64,000 nucleotides of DNA from Paragordius varius (Eukaryota; Animalia; Nematomorpha), in assembly GCA_964247055.1 (NCBI GenBank), contig OZ176051.1:11966001-12030000 (forward strand). The letters run 5' to 3'. Positions 38,784-52,356 of the stretch are shown here, one piece after another. The notes under the pieces were generated by a model. It searched no databases, was not told the origin of the DNA, and was given only the letters and a program-made list of their open reading frames with translations. The position numbers were made by a program, and so were the translations under genes. Position 1 is the stretch's first letter, and every line of letters begins with the position of its first letter.

Positions 38784-40065
38784 ATGAAGAGTAATGTTAA
38801 TGTGAAGCCTAGTAGAAAGTGAATCGTATGATTTAATTCTGTCAGGCTTCTTGGAATCGTTTTATAAGATCTATAAAATTTGAAGGAGCGATGTAAAATT
38901 TGAATATAAAGTATTTAAAGTTTTTAGCCGAATTTAAAACTTTTTTTTAGTCTTTTAGGCGCATTATAGTTTTTAAAAATGTAAAATTGTAAAATCCTCA
39001 TCTTAAACTCTTTTGCCTTTTTTCTATAATTTTTTTTTAATCGCTATAATGCAACAGGAAATAAAGTATATTATGGTTAGAAAATGTAGATAATTATATT
39101 TAACACTTCCTAACTTTTTCACTTTTTAATCTAGTTTACAACATATTGGGGTAGTTTATAGCAAATAAACTGCAGTTCTGGAATTATTTTAGCTAAAATT
39201 TAATTCTCAAATATCGTTCGCATGTATTAGTAAAAAGCACATATTTTTTTACAGTTTAACTTATAGAGTCTAAAATTGGGGCTCTAAAACACGATTGGAA
39301 AAACAGCAGTAGTTTTATAAAAATGGCTTTGGGATATAAAAATACGTATATGTCAACAATTACAGGAAATAAAAGGTCGTAAAGTGTTAAAATACACCCA
39401 ATTTTACACAAGCCAGCTCTAAAATAAATTTTGGTGATATAAATTTTTGGAACGAATTTTAAAAGAGTGCACACTAATTTATCTTAACTGTTATATAAAG
39501 TTTAAAGCACAATACGTATTTCATATATTTATATATTAATGATATCAAATAACACTACATTACCTTTTAAGATGGTTTCATATCAGATTGAAATTACATT
39601 AATCATTAGAGGTATTAGATCTTTAATAACACTAGACTACTAATTTACACTTTTTAGTGTCATGTTTGTAACTTTAAATTTTTTATAAAAGTAGATAAAG
39701 TATATCTGGAAAAAAACATAAAAAATTTTTGTCCCTTAAGTGTGTTAGCCATCTTTTGACATGAGATTATATAGAAACCTTAACTATATGTTTTAAGGCT
39801 GTTCATATATTGATCTCATAAAATGAAATAAACCATAATTTCTCAATTTTCATCATTATTTTTTGAATTTTCCTTAAATATCCCTAATTTTTATTTTTTG
39901 CCCGATTTCGATCCCCTAATATTTCAAAAATTAGGTCGTCAACAAATTATAATATTTACAGCAAATAAATTCAGGTCATAAGCTATCTAATGAAAAAAAA
40001 GTTTTCGGTTAAAAAAATTTAACCCTCTTTTTTGCACAGTGTTATACTAAAGATTATTATTTACC

Positions 40066-40615
40066 AGTTGGTCCTCGAACACTTCAAGTTGGACCCTAAG
40101 CTTTAAGTTGGTCTTTCAACTTTTTTGTTCTGTTTAAAAATTTTATCATCATATTCCATTTATCATTCATATATTTACTTATTTTCAAAAACCGTATATC
40201 TTTATTAATTTCTTAAAAATTATGTTAAATATATATAAAATTTTTTCAGTAATTAAAAAATATAAGTTTTCTGGGTTTGTACAATTTTTTATTAAAAAAA
40301 CATTTACATGTTAATAATTTTGTTAATAGTTTGAAAAAAAGTGGTTTTGAAAAAATTATTTATAAGTGATTTATATCATAAATAAGGAAATTTGTTTAAA
40401 AAATAATAAATACATGTAAATTATGGTTAAATCCAAATTAATTTTTTAGGACCAACTATGCTCAAAGACTATGAAGTGTTCATAGACCAACTTGGAATAT
40501 TAAAGGACCAACTTGAATGTTCAAGGACCATATTCAAGTGTTCATAGACAAACTAATATTAAAGGACTTGAAAAGAACCGCTGGAATGTTCAAGGACCAA
40601 CTTGAACAAAGGATA
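40066..40615. repeat. Foldback-like element with 21-22 bp repeats (copy 2)
   Basis: GGACCAACTTGAA-type units at both ends in inverted arrangement. The core is homologous to 6330-6720. Confidence 0.6.
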
Positions 40616-41546
40616 CTCTTAAAACGCATGTGCAACAAATTTTCGATGTAAATTACTTTTAATAACAGAGACTTGGAAGTTAAGACTTGGATATCAAATA
40701 TTTTAGTCATAGGGGTCGTTAGTGAGCCAAGACAATCATATATTTAAAAAACATGGAATAAATTGAAACCATTGCAAAAGATTGCATCCACATAACATTG
40801 ATTTCAGTGCAGCATTTTAAATTTAACACTTTAGTTTAAATTGGGGTAACTAATGTATAATATTTAAATTGTATTATTAAAAAACTACCGAAAGGGACGA
40901 TTTCAATACAAATTTATATTTAAAACCCTTCATCCTTGAGGTACAAAAGGCCGGCATTTTTGCTATAGAATGAAATGGAACACTATCCAAAAAAGCGTAT
41001 CGTAAAATAGTAAAAAAGCTTTTAGGAAAAAAACTCCGCCCTAGAGACAAAAAGAATGCACGTGGAAAAAATAGAATGCGCCTGTCCAATCTCACATGCA
41101 TGGCGTGATATAACACTTTAAATACCGGGCCTGGTAGTGTGACAAAATATAGATTAGCTTTAATTTATAGGTACTTCCATATTAGGGTAGAATATTCTTT
41201 TGTCATAAGATAATAGCTTAGTAGATGAGAGTTATTATGGAACCTTTACTTGATATATGTGATAACAAGAAAAATTCAGAATGCATCAAAATAATAGATA
41301 TAAATAAAAAAATAATTTTTATCACATAATTATAATTAATATATTACAGATAAATAATTTATCACATGAATTTTATGGCAATAAATATATTGTGTGATGA
41401 TAGAATATTAATTACACCAAATTTATAATTGATTTGTATGAATGACCCTTTGATATAATTATAAATACTTCGATTTAAACACCTCCGAACCTGGTTAAAA
41501 TACATTAATCTAGACCCGTATATTCACAAAAACACGAAAAAATTCC

Positions 41547-44500
41547 TCAACTCAATGGGGAGACTGACATAGTTTCCGTATGATATTTTGGATCATGTAT
41601 GTTAAAATTCCAAACTTCTGTAAGTTCGCCTCTGAATAAAGCGGTGAGTGCCGTGGCACCTAATGTGAATGGCACTAAATAAAGCAAGGCTGGTTGAGCC
41701 CTTTGCATGAGATATAAGGCACCGTAAGTAGATAGGAGGCCAAGTATGTATGCTGCATGTGAGTGAAAAGAACATTTTATAAAATAATTTACAGTATGCA
41801 TCTGTTTACTTTATCAAAAATTTATTTTTTTTCGTTAAATGGGTATAAATATTTGTTAAAGAATAGAAAAGACAAGAGCTCTTTGGTATCAACAATATCA
41901 TATTCATCAAAAAAGTATAAAGAATTACCATAGAGCTCTTGTTTTTCCCATTATTCAGCAAATATTTATACCCATTTAATGGAAAAAAATAAATTTTTGA
42001 TAATATGAAGGACACATGATTGTAAGAGCACATATAACAAAAAAAGTAATGATTAATTACCCAATGATACCATGGTAGAATAGATTTTCACTTTTTTATG
42101 TAACAAAGCTGATTTATAACGGTCAAAAAAGAAACAGAAAGCCATTAGTAGACCTATAAGGAAGATTATATCATATAAAATTATGTGTTAACAAAAAATT
42201 CGATTCAAAAATTTTGATGGTAAATAAAAACCTGGCATTACAACATCCCCATATCCCACGTATGAAACTTGAGTAGCAAATTCATACAATAAATATTCGT
42301 GGGCACAAGGTATGGCAGGAATACGTTTAATTAACATCCAACTTATGTAAGGCATACGAAAGGCCAAAGGTATCTAACATACCAGAATTTTATTATACAA
42401 ATATGTATATATTGATAAGACAATGTTAATTTATGTGTATTAACCAATTGAAAACACTAAATAATTATGTCTAAAAATTAAACAAAACACTAAATAATAA
42501 TGTCTGATAGACGAGCTATAAACAAAAAAATATTAAAATAATATCCATTCATTTTTAATTTTTAATTTTATTATCTTTTAATCATTGTCATTATAGCGAA
42601 ATAAAAATTAAAACAAAATTCAACGAATTATTTTCCGTTCGGTGCCATTTTTTATATATTTGTCTATTAATAAATTCGCACCTTATGATTATATATCTTA
42701 CATTTTGTGCATAGTTAATATGTTGTTTTGAGTCCATTACTGAAATGACTAAAATTAAATCGCAGTGAATTAATTTTATTAATATATATCCAATAAAATA
42801 TGCTACCTAAAAAGGTGATTATTTTAGTAGATCTGGATACAAATTACAATTTATTTCAGATTATTAAAATTAAAATCTGAAACTATCATATTTCTAACCC
42901 CCCTTCCACACTAGAAAAAGGCGATAGTTTGTGGGCCTACGTTTTAAGCCAGAACTTTTAATCAAAATTGTTAATATTAAAAAAGTTAAAAAAATTAATT
43001 TAAACATCGAGCATTCAATACACTTAGAGCATTGTTTCTTTGACAAAATGTCTAAACATTCATTATACTTATAAAACCCTGGATATTTCTACTTAAATAA
43101 CATTTAACCATAAATGGCCACACTTTATAAAAAGTTTACAATTTATATTTTAAGGTGCGCACACAAAAAAACCTGTTCATTCTTGGTTGGCGAAAAGATG
43201 GATGTTGAATTATCAACACGTTTTTGGGGCAACAAATGTCGTTGAGAAAAAGGAGTGTTATTTAAAGCATCATATTTGGCTATCAAACTGTTAAACGTTG
43301 TTGAAGCGGTTATATGTGAATCCGTATCCGTATTTGTAACTCTAAACAGACTTCCCTAATATCATTAGGGAAAAATGGTATAAAATCATAATTTTTATAA
43401 TATATTATTATCTTAACGTTATAAACTCTTCCAGACAAATAATTATTGGCAAGAAATTTGTAAAAATTAGTAAAATAAATAACAATAATAATGTGTTCGA
43501 TGTTTGAAAACCAATAAATTATCCATTAATGATCATATATTTAGAGAATTAAAATGCGGCCCGCAAAGCCATTTGTATGGGCTTCCCCTGGTATAAATGA
43601 AAATAAAATCAATATCCTTTGATCAATAAAAGAAGATAATTTATATGGCTTACTAAATCGACTGAGGTTTGCTTCGGTAAAGTATCTTTCCCTCCCAATA
43701 TGTCAAGCATGATACTCGTTTTAGACTAAATAAAAAAACATTAATAAATATTTTTTACAAATATATAAATATATATATAATAATATAAGCTTTTTTACAA
43801 ATGAAGTATATAAGACAAAACATGAAATTACTTTGGTTATGAGTGGCGTGATGAAGACAAAAAAGATATCAAATACAAATAGGAGTGACAACAAAAGGGT
43901 CCCCACCTAAATTGAAATCGGTAAAAGTTATATTATATTAAGCTTTTGAGATTTAAAATATTTATAAATTGCAATTAATTCAAATCTCAAGTTTAACTAA
44001 CTTAAATTCCACAAAACTAACCATAAAAATTGGTCTAAAAAATTAAATCCATCTTCAAAAAAAACTTTTATAAATCGAACACAACTGTAAACTAGAGCAC
44101 ACCTTGAGATTCGGTATATGGATTGTGGAAAGGATGTAGATACATAACGAAGCTCCCATAATATCCTGAAAAATGAAGGCATAAAACTCGTGTCGTAAAA
44201 TTAACCATGTACAAGTGATTAACAGAGCCGTAATCAAGGATAGCGTATTTTTAACCGTACTTATCTCTGTCAAAAGTGCTAAGAAGTTGTCTTTAATATA
44301 ATTCATTAATCGTTTCCCATAATGTATAAAACAACAATCAGTAGTATTTTGAGGCACATTAGATTGTTGTGATGGTGAATTTTGATCTTTTGTAGACGCA
44401 TTTTCAAAGGTTTTTCCTACCATTTGATTGTCAAGTTCATTGGAGGCAGGAAACGGTTCATATTTATTATTGTTATTGTTATGACTATCGATATAATTTT

Positions 44501-47500
44501 GAGATAATTGCCCAGTTTGATGGTGGTAAGGAAAAAATCTTTACAAAATACAAAATAAATGGGTAATTTTAAAACATCTTTATAATAAAAATTTATGATT
44601 GTATATAATTATCTACTTAATAAAACCGGCCTTGATTTTTTGAAGGCAATTGACCTAATAGAAAATATACCCACAAACATTTCAAATTAAGCCTAGTATC
44701 TGGGACTAATTTAACTCATTATTCAAATAAAATTGTGGGAGAATTTATTATATTTTCTGTAATTTTAAACAATTCGATTTGTGAAAATATTTAAAAATAT
44801 AGGCAATTTTTTTATTTTCAAAAACGAATATTATTTTTTGTGTAAATTTTAGGCGCAAATATACTAAAAATGCCAAACCTGATATCTGTGAAAGGACACA
44901 ATAAAGCAAAAACCGATTTGAGTTGCATGTACAAGGAAAGTGTGGAATAAACAAAGAATACGTAAATCAGGTAATATACTATAATTATACACATATATAT
45001 GAGATAAAAATTTGAACAAAAAAAATATTCAAATATTGTAAAACAAAAAAAATTAAAAATTTCAATAAATGATACAGTTTTGTAAAAAATTACAGGTTAG
45101 GTGGTATATGAAAATGATAAAATTTATACCGGCATATTTGAAGAAGTACCAAACAAGCATCATAAAGACTGTCATGAATAATACCATAAACAGTACGGTT
45201 GTAATGGAAAATGCATTTTCATCCACTATTTTCTGAGCAGCTTTATTCACATTGGTCGTCATCTTTTGACCTTTTATAAGTTTATTATTTATGACAATTT
45301 TATTTATGCTTTCATCATTTTTATTATGTAAATTGTCAAGTGTAACTCCATTAGTTATAAGTTTATTTGGCATGGCTTGTAAATGATTGATGTTTGAGGT
45401 TGGCTGATTAAAACAAGTATTTGATTGATGACGTGAAAAATCTTTAAATCTATATATCATAAATATATATTTTGTAATGTAAGAAAAGCGGGGTTACATC
45501 ATTTTGCTAAAAAAACTTAAATTTTGTGACAAAAGACAGGATGGTATCTCAAACTTAGTAAAAAAAATTTGGATAGAGACAATTAAAAGAATATATTCAA
45601 AAAACTAAATGCGCAAAAAATCTTATTATCAGTATTCTCAAAACTTTAGAATTTGAAGAGTTAAGGGTCAAAAAATGAAGCTATATTAATAATAACAAGT
45701 ACGTAAAAAATTAACTTTCTTATAACTGATGTAAAAATGTGTAAAATGTAAATCACGATCTTATTAATGTGGCGACGAAATTATAATATTATAAAAGTAT
45801 TATTATATTCAATACTAATTTATTACCTTACGCTATGAAATTTATTGATCCCTAAGTAATTAGATTTAAAAAAATTTTTATAAAAATAAAAAATTAAAAT
45901 ACTTTTGAAAGTAGGTTCGTCCACCCATATATGCTCCGACAATCGATATCAAAACTATAATAAAGGCTAAAAGTAGGGGTCCCATATCCTTTGCCAGCTT
46001 TAGCGGTTCAATACTGAATGGTGTGACTAAGGGAGAATCCTTTTTTCAAAATTCAATATACATGTAATAATTGATCATTTATTTAACATTTGTTTATAAT
46101 TATTCATAGTTTAAGGATGAATTTAGGTTGTATAAAACACGCATACATACTGGACATCAATAGTATCAAATCAATTTTTAACAATAATTTCTTTTTTGTT
46201 AATAAAGCTTAGAAGCTATATATAAAACTTTACTATATTTAGAATAAAATGGAAATTGAGAGTTTAAAACCAAATCATTTTCCATAATTCCTGCATAAAA
46301 CACGATATGAAAAACTCATCGCTTGAATTAAAATACGGAGAGAATATTGGAAGATTGATTAGTGTATAAAACCATAAAATAGTTATATTTCAGTTCAGTT
46401 TCCCAAAAACCAATTTTGAAAATCAACCAAAATAATTTCTAGTCTGAAAAAAATCAAGTTAAAAAAAAAGGTTTTCCCTGTCATGCAAAACGATTAGTTC
46501 AAAAATGTTTTTCAAAACATTTTTAAAAAACATTTCCCAAAAAACTACCCAAAATTTATTTATTTATCATATATTATAATTAAAATTTATTTATTTATTT
46601 TTTGTAAAGTAAAGGGCGTCCAATTCAAACCCATTTATTAATCAGGTGCCATATCAAAATCATATGCAAAAATTTAAATGTGTTAAATTCCAATTTATTT
46701 AGCTATAATTTGTGGGATAAAAAGAAAATGAAAGAATATTGCAGATAATCAAAATCAAGTCAACTCTAAAAATATAAAAATTAATGTTCATTTAATAATC
46801 CAATTGTTACAAAGTATTAAAAAATCAAAATGCATTAAACTTTTGATATGAATTAAATTACTATTAAACCTTAATCCTATATTGTAATGGTAATGAACGG
46901 ATTGGTTATGTTTTGTAATAACAGTTGTTAAAATCCGTAATATAATGATAAAGGATAATTAAATACAATTAAATGTGAAAACTCCAAGTCAAATAGTTGT
47001 GTCGTACTGATGAGTGCTAACAAGCACGAAACTAGTCTGCGATTACTATTGACGAAGGGTTTCACATATCGTTTATAATTTCTATTTATACTCTCATTTA
47101 ATTGTATTTAATTATCCTTTATCATTATATTACGGATCTTAATCCTATATATTTATTCATAAAGAATGGCAGAAGCTTAAATTATTAATGATATACTAGT
47201 AGGAATTATGACAAAATAATTATCACTATAATATTTTTCAAAAAATATTTTAACATTTTTTTAATTTCTAGACATTATCATCTAGACCCCTTTTATAATC
47301 TAATAAAACAAACAGCTGGTTCTTCTAAAAATCTTTTTAAATAATTCAAATTTCGCGGCGACCTACTACGGGCGAAAATTTGAAGTGATTTTTTATATTT
47401 TTAAAAATATTATTTAATGTTCCGCCATAGAATGCTTATTATTTAATTAAGCCCATAATTAAAATCGCTCGTACTACCCCAAATGGCAATAAAGTGTTGA

Positions 47501-48435
47501 TTAATTGGAAAAAAAGAATTAACAAAATTCATAAAAAATTAATTTTTAAAAAAACTTGGTAGGAATTATTTGTTTCCAATGCTTCTGGGAATATTAATTT
47601 GAAATCCGTTTCACGAATAAAAAAAATGTTTGCATTAGCCTTATTTTTTGAATTTGACGTTATCTTTAAATGGCTATTATTGTGATTATTATTATCGGTA
47701 TTTACAAATGATTCCACATTAAACCGGAAAGAAGGAATATTTTCTAGGAATTTCTAAGAATATTTTTATTTAATAAGGGCAATATGTAATATCGATAAGA
47801 GTATATTTTAAAATCAATTATTTATCATAATATATAGTGAATTTAGTGGCGTTCAAAAAAAATCTCTGTTTGTATTTACTTTGAACATATCCCAATTTGG
47901 CACAAATTAGGGGCGTATACTTTTTAACCTACATTTAAATTGAACTAAATCATTCTAATCTTTCGCCTCAACCACATATTTATAATTTACTATTTATAGG
48001 TAATAAACTAAAATAATTTATATATATATATATATATATATATGTATGACTATCATTTTTTTACTTGAAAAGACAAATAAGTCGGAGACACAACCAAGAG
48101 ATTATTTATCCCGTACTTTGTGTAAACATTTGTCATTTTTTGACCTAAATTACAGTTTCCACGTTTGACAGCCATAATAATTGAATGAAAATCTCTTATG
48201 TTGGTAGGAATATTTGCAAGAGATGGAAAATTAAATAAATCACAACCATCATTTGGGTAAATATTGATTTCGCTTAACTAAAATTAAATAAATATAATAC
48301 TTTCAATTTATTATTAATGGGATTTGCATATGCAACACAAACACTGAGGTTTTTCTTAGTGAGTAATAAAATTTGCTTCCCAAAAACAATGCTTATACAG
48401 GTATTCAGAAATCCAATTAGAAAAAATATCCGCAT
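41547..48435 (-). CDS. SPPL2: Signal peptide peptidase-like 2 (GxGD intramembrane aspartyl protease)
   Basis: 13 phase-consistent exons: 48435-48301, 48277-48065, 47753-47556, 46039-45903, 45449-45130, 44978-44879, 44538-44103, 43906-43832, 43725-43654, 43355-43173, 42373-42232, 42153-42061, 41752-41547. The product has a signal peptide, the PA-domain motif KRGNC, FDIFFVFITP, GYGDVVMPG and QPALLYLVP. Confidence 0.92.
41792..42022. mobile_element. Tc1/mariner-type MITE (copy 2), in the last SPPL2 intron
   Basis: Homologous to 4534-4760, TA-flanked and palindromic. Confidence 0.8.
46883..47137 (+). mobile_element. Hammerhead-containing mini retro-insertion
   Basis: Flanked by a 13-bp direct repeat CTTAATCCTATAT (46870-46882, 47138-47150). 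An internal perfect 43-bp inverted repeat (46933-46975, 47095-47137) encloses a hammerhead motif. Confidence 0.7.
46988..47053 (+). ncRNA. Minimal type I hammerhead ribozyme
   Basis: Stem I GTCGTA/TGCGAT, core CTGATGA, stem II GTGC-TAACAA-GCAC, GAAA, palindromic stem III ACTAGT, and cleavage triplet GTC (cut after 47037). Confidence 0.85.
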
Positions 48436-49119
48436 ACCCTGTATTTGTACAAACATCATGTGGGTTAAACAGATATATGTAAAATAGTTTTTTTACAATA
48501 ATTATGTGATTACGTTGTAAAATTTAATTTTAAAAACTAGATTAAAGGGAATGGCTAATTTTAAATTTTGGCATTAATTGTATTTTTATCCATAAAATTG
48601 TTTTCTGGTTCTGTATTAGCGGAACGCTTTGATTCGATTCGTATAATTGGCTAATTATAATCTATCTTTTGGGGTAGTTTATTACCCCAAGAGATCTTTT
48701 TAAAATAGCCTATGAAGATGTAAAGTATTAGGTCAAATATAATTTTAGCCTTCTCTAGCTCTTTAGGTACATTTAAAAAATTTAATGTTATATTGTGAAA
48801 AAATTTCATCTCAAAATTTATTTTCACATTTTATACTTTCATTGTAGATGATTATATTTTTTTGGGGTAGCTTTATATTCCAGTTATAAAAACTTTCATT
48901 TAACTAATGTTTAAAATTCAATTATAGTTTGTCCTGTTCTCCTGTTTTAAAATAACTTATTTCAAAAAATTTTATCTTCGGGAGCAGTGGTACACCAGGA
49001 CGAGCTAAGTGTTTTTTGCCTCAGGTAATGCCGTAAATGCATAGCATTATATACAGATACTTACAAATTGAATCAATATAACAATATTTTCGTGGGTTTA
49101 GGGAAATATGATGAACATC

Positions 49120-49330
49120 TCCTACATTATCGACAAATAATATTAACCGATTTCGGCAAATTTGCTTATCATCAGTAATGATCCATATGTCTATTAACAT
49201 ATTTCATCGTTAATATGTCGCCTCGATGTAAGTTAAGACACATATATTTTGATATATATTTAGCGCTTCCCAAAACTCATTAGCCATGTGCGAATTCCTT
49301 TAATATATCTTCGAAATAACAGTTAATTCT
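49120..49330 (-). mobile_element. Possible Penelope-like 3' end relic
   Basis: Minus strand reads EFWEALNIYQN, resembling a GIY-YIG C-terminus, followed by a CTGATGAT..GCCGAAA motif. Confidence 0.3.
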
Positions 49331-52300
49331 ACCCCAAGATGCGTTTAATCAAAACAGAAGCATTTAATGAAAGAATATCTTCTTATACAAAAAAATTTTA
49401 TAATTGAAAATTACGAAGTTAAACGGAATTTTTTAAATACCGAAGATCAATAATATCCTGCCTAAAGATACTTTTAGCGATCAAAAAATAATAATTATAA
49501 TTAAGTTCCGTAAAAACCATTTAGTTGAGTATCACTGTTCTAAGGGATAAAAAATGCATAAAGTTAAATACAAGGGGACAATACTTGATCATTGAATTTT
49601 AACGTGAACAACCAAACAATAGTTTAAAGCTTAAGCTGTGGCATATAGATTTACCCTAACATACAATCATCTAAAAAAGATAAAAATTATTAATGACTTA
49701 TTCAAATGGATTTAGTTCATCTTTCACAGTTTACAAAATGTCGGCCTAGCAGAATTAGCGCACATTATATTTTATAAATTAAAATAGATTATAAACTATT
49801 AAAAGCAAAACAATTTAAACTAATTTGAATTTTAGATAAAATCAAATCATGTTGTAAAATGGGGGTGTTTTTTATAAACTCAATGCCGACAGCTGGATAA
49901 CCAATTTGTATGCTAAATTATTTTGAAATAGAAGAAGTTAATTTTTTAAAAAATGCATATTTTGCTTTAAATTTTGATATTATTTTGTGCGTACTTAACA
50001 ATATTTTTTAGCTTGGTAGAAACGGAAGAACGCCTAAAAATATTTTATGAACATTTTCGATTTTTCGATAACTAAAAATTTCTATCACCTCACTTTTTTA
50101 ATAAATTCATTTGCTTTCCTGGAGAACTTGGCTGGAAAACCTACAATAAATCTTATTTACGAATGTCCAAATTTTGAGGTGATAAAAATGTTCACCGTCA
50201 TTAAAGTAGATTATACCGTTTTCATTATGAATTAAATTCCCCCTCATCAAAATTTTGTCAAAATTCAAATTAGTGAAGTATGCATTTTTTCAAGATTTTT
50301 CTATTTTGATGTCAAATCTAACACATATTATACCACCCAATATTGGAATTCCGTGCTAATAACGAAACTAGCTCATTTTAGAACAGGTTAAATTGAGACT
50401 TTCGGGACCTACACCTAAAATCATTATTTTTTAATATAGGTGTTATGTATAATATTTAAATAATGTTTTTTGGAATTATTATTCTTTCATCATGTGCTCA
50501 AATTTTGAAACTTTATATTATGGAGTAATTACCATAAAAGTTGTATAAATTACTAGTATGGCATGAAAGAAAAATAACCATAAAAATCCTGATCCCATCT
50601 TATAACAGAAAACATATATTTCAATTTTTTTTGTAGTGTATATAACCCTATATAAAATTCATGAATTTAATATGTTTAAAATCTAAAAAAGTTTTAAGTG
50701 TTATTATTTAATCCCAGGGTCATCATTTATAATTTAATTTAAAAATATATTAATGATGATATTATTTTAAAAATTTTAAGGCGCATTCCATATTTTTAAA
50801 AGCAGTATAAAATTTAAAATTCTCAAAACATTTGCCCTGTTTTCCTGAATTGCTTGATTGTTCACTGGATTGGTATAAAAATTAGTTAAATGTTTTTCAT
50901 TAACTTTAACCGCATTTATTTATGATAATATAGCGTTTGTTTATAATTTAGCTGTATATTTCGATATTTAGGTTATTAAAATTTAAGGAATTACGAAACT
51001 GGAAATATAATATATTTTTAATCGATATATAATACTTTCAAATATTACATAAAAGCTCCAAAATGCCGTTTTACACAAACACGTGTGTTTTATAAATTTT
51101 TAAACAATATTTATATTAATTTTAATCATTTATTTTATATTTTTATTATTATTAAGAGTTCCTATTATGATTAATATAGGCCTATAACGTCATGCAAAAA
51201 ATAGTATATTTTAAATCATTCTCCCGTTAAACACTAACAACTCGATTAATAATAAAAGATGAATTGTTATAAGTATAACCTCGTAAATAGAAAAAAAATA
51301 CCATAATATAAAGATTCTTTCCAGATACATAAATATAACCCAAAATAAAAATTTCCATATGTATTATATGATAAATGAACATCTTGTTTTTTACAGTTTA
51401 AATTTTAATAATAAAATAAAAAACAAAAAATGGTATTGGGCTTCAATTAACAAGGATAGGAGGGTATGTCAAAATGGAGCATTAACACATTTGAAAAATT
51501 TTTATTTTACAGGTGCAAAATAACGTATCAGTTTTTACAGATAACACTGTTTGCTCTCTACACGATACCGAACCGAAAAATTAATGAAAAAATTTGAATA
51601 CAAACATCCAAATTTCCTTCACCCTCAAAAAAAGATTCCAATTATATATAAATGTTCAGACGGATTATAGAATACATCTCTTTTGAAACTAAGAACCATA
51701 TATTTATACAAGACTTTTTTTATTCCTAGAGTGATACTTTTTAAAAGGTGCCAAAAGTTTCAAAAATGTTAAACAAAATGTAAGTTACGAGTCGAAAATG
51801 GTGTGGCACAAAGGTAAAAAAATGGTTCGATTCCATCTATATTTCCTTCTTTATGGAATGCGCGTACATTTATTGAAATTACATTAAAACTATACATTAA
51901 TTGGTATATAAATAATAAATTTGATATATGACAAGTATTTTTGGTATAGAGGAATATTAAATGTTAAATTTGCGTATTATAAAATCATTTTTGGTCTTTG
52001 ATTTATGTGCATTTATTTTTTCATTCCATAATTTGGGCCCTCAGATAACAATTCTTATCCGATACTGTTATCTTCAAATAAGTTGAGTGAACTTTCTTCC
52101 TGTTAAAAAAAGAAGCGATACGATAAAATAATTTGGATTTTAAAATTTGTACATTAAAGGATTATAGACAATACATATATATACATGTAAAGAAAGAGAT
52201 GAGCCAAATAGTCTGAGTGAGTAATAAAGAACATGCACAAAATTTTATAAATTATATCCAAAAATAAATATATTTGATGATAAAGGTTTATGTTTTGGTA

Positions 52301-52356
52301 TAAAATGATGGACAAAAATACTGATAGCGTATAAGCACAAAAAATTATAAAATAAT

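Noticed and set aside
48500-52300. Possible genes between SPPL2 and AP1S
   Set aside because: Only short frames with no recognisable protein motif or consistent splice path. It looks like decayed TE or intergenic DNA, though a tiny-intron gene cannot be excluded.
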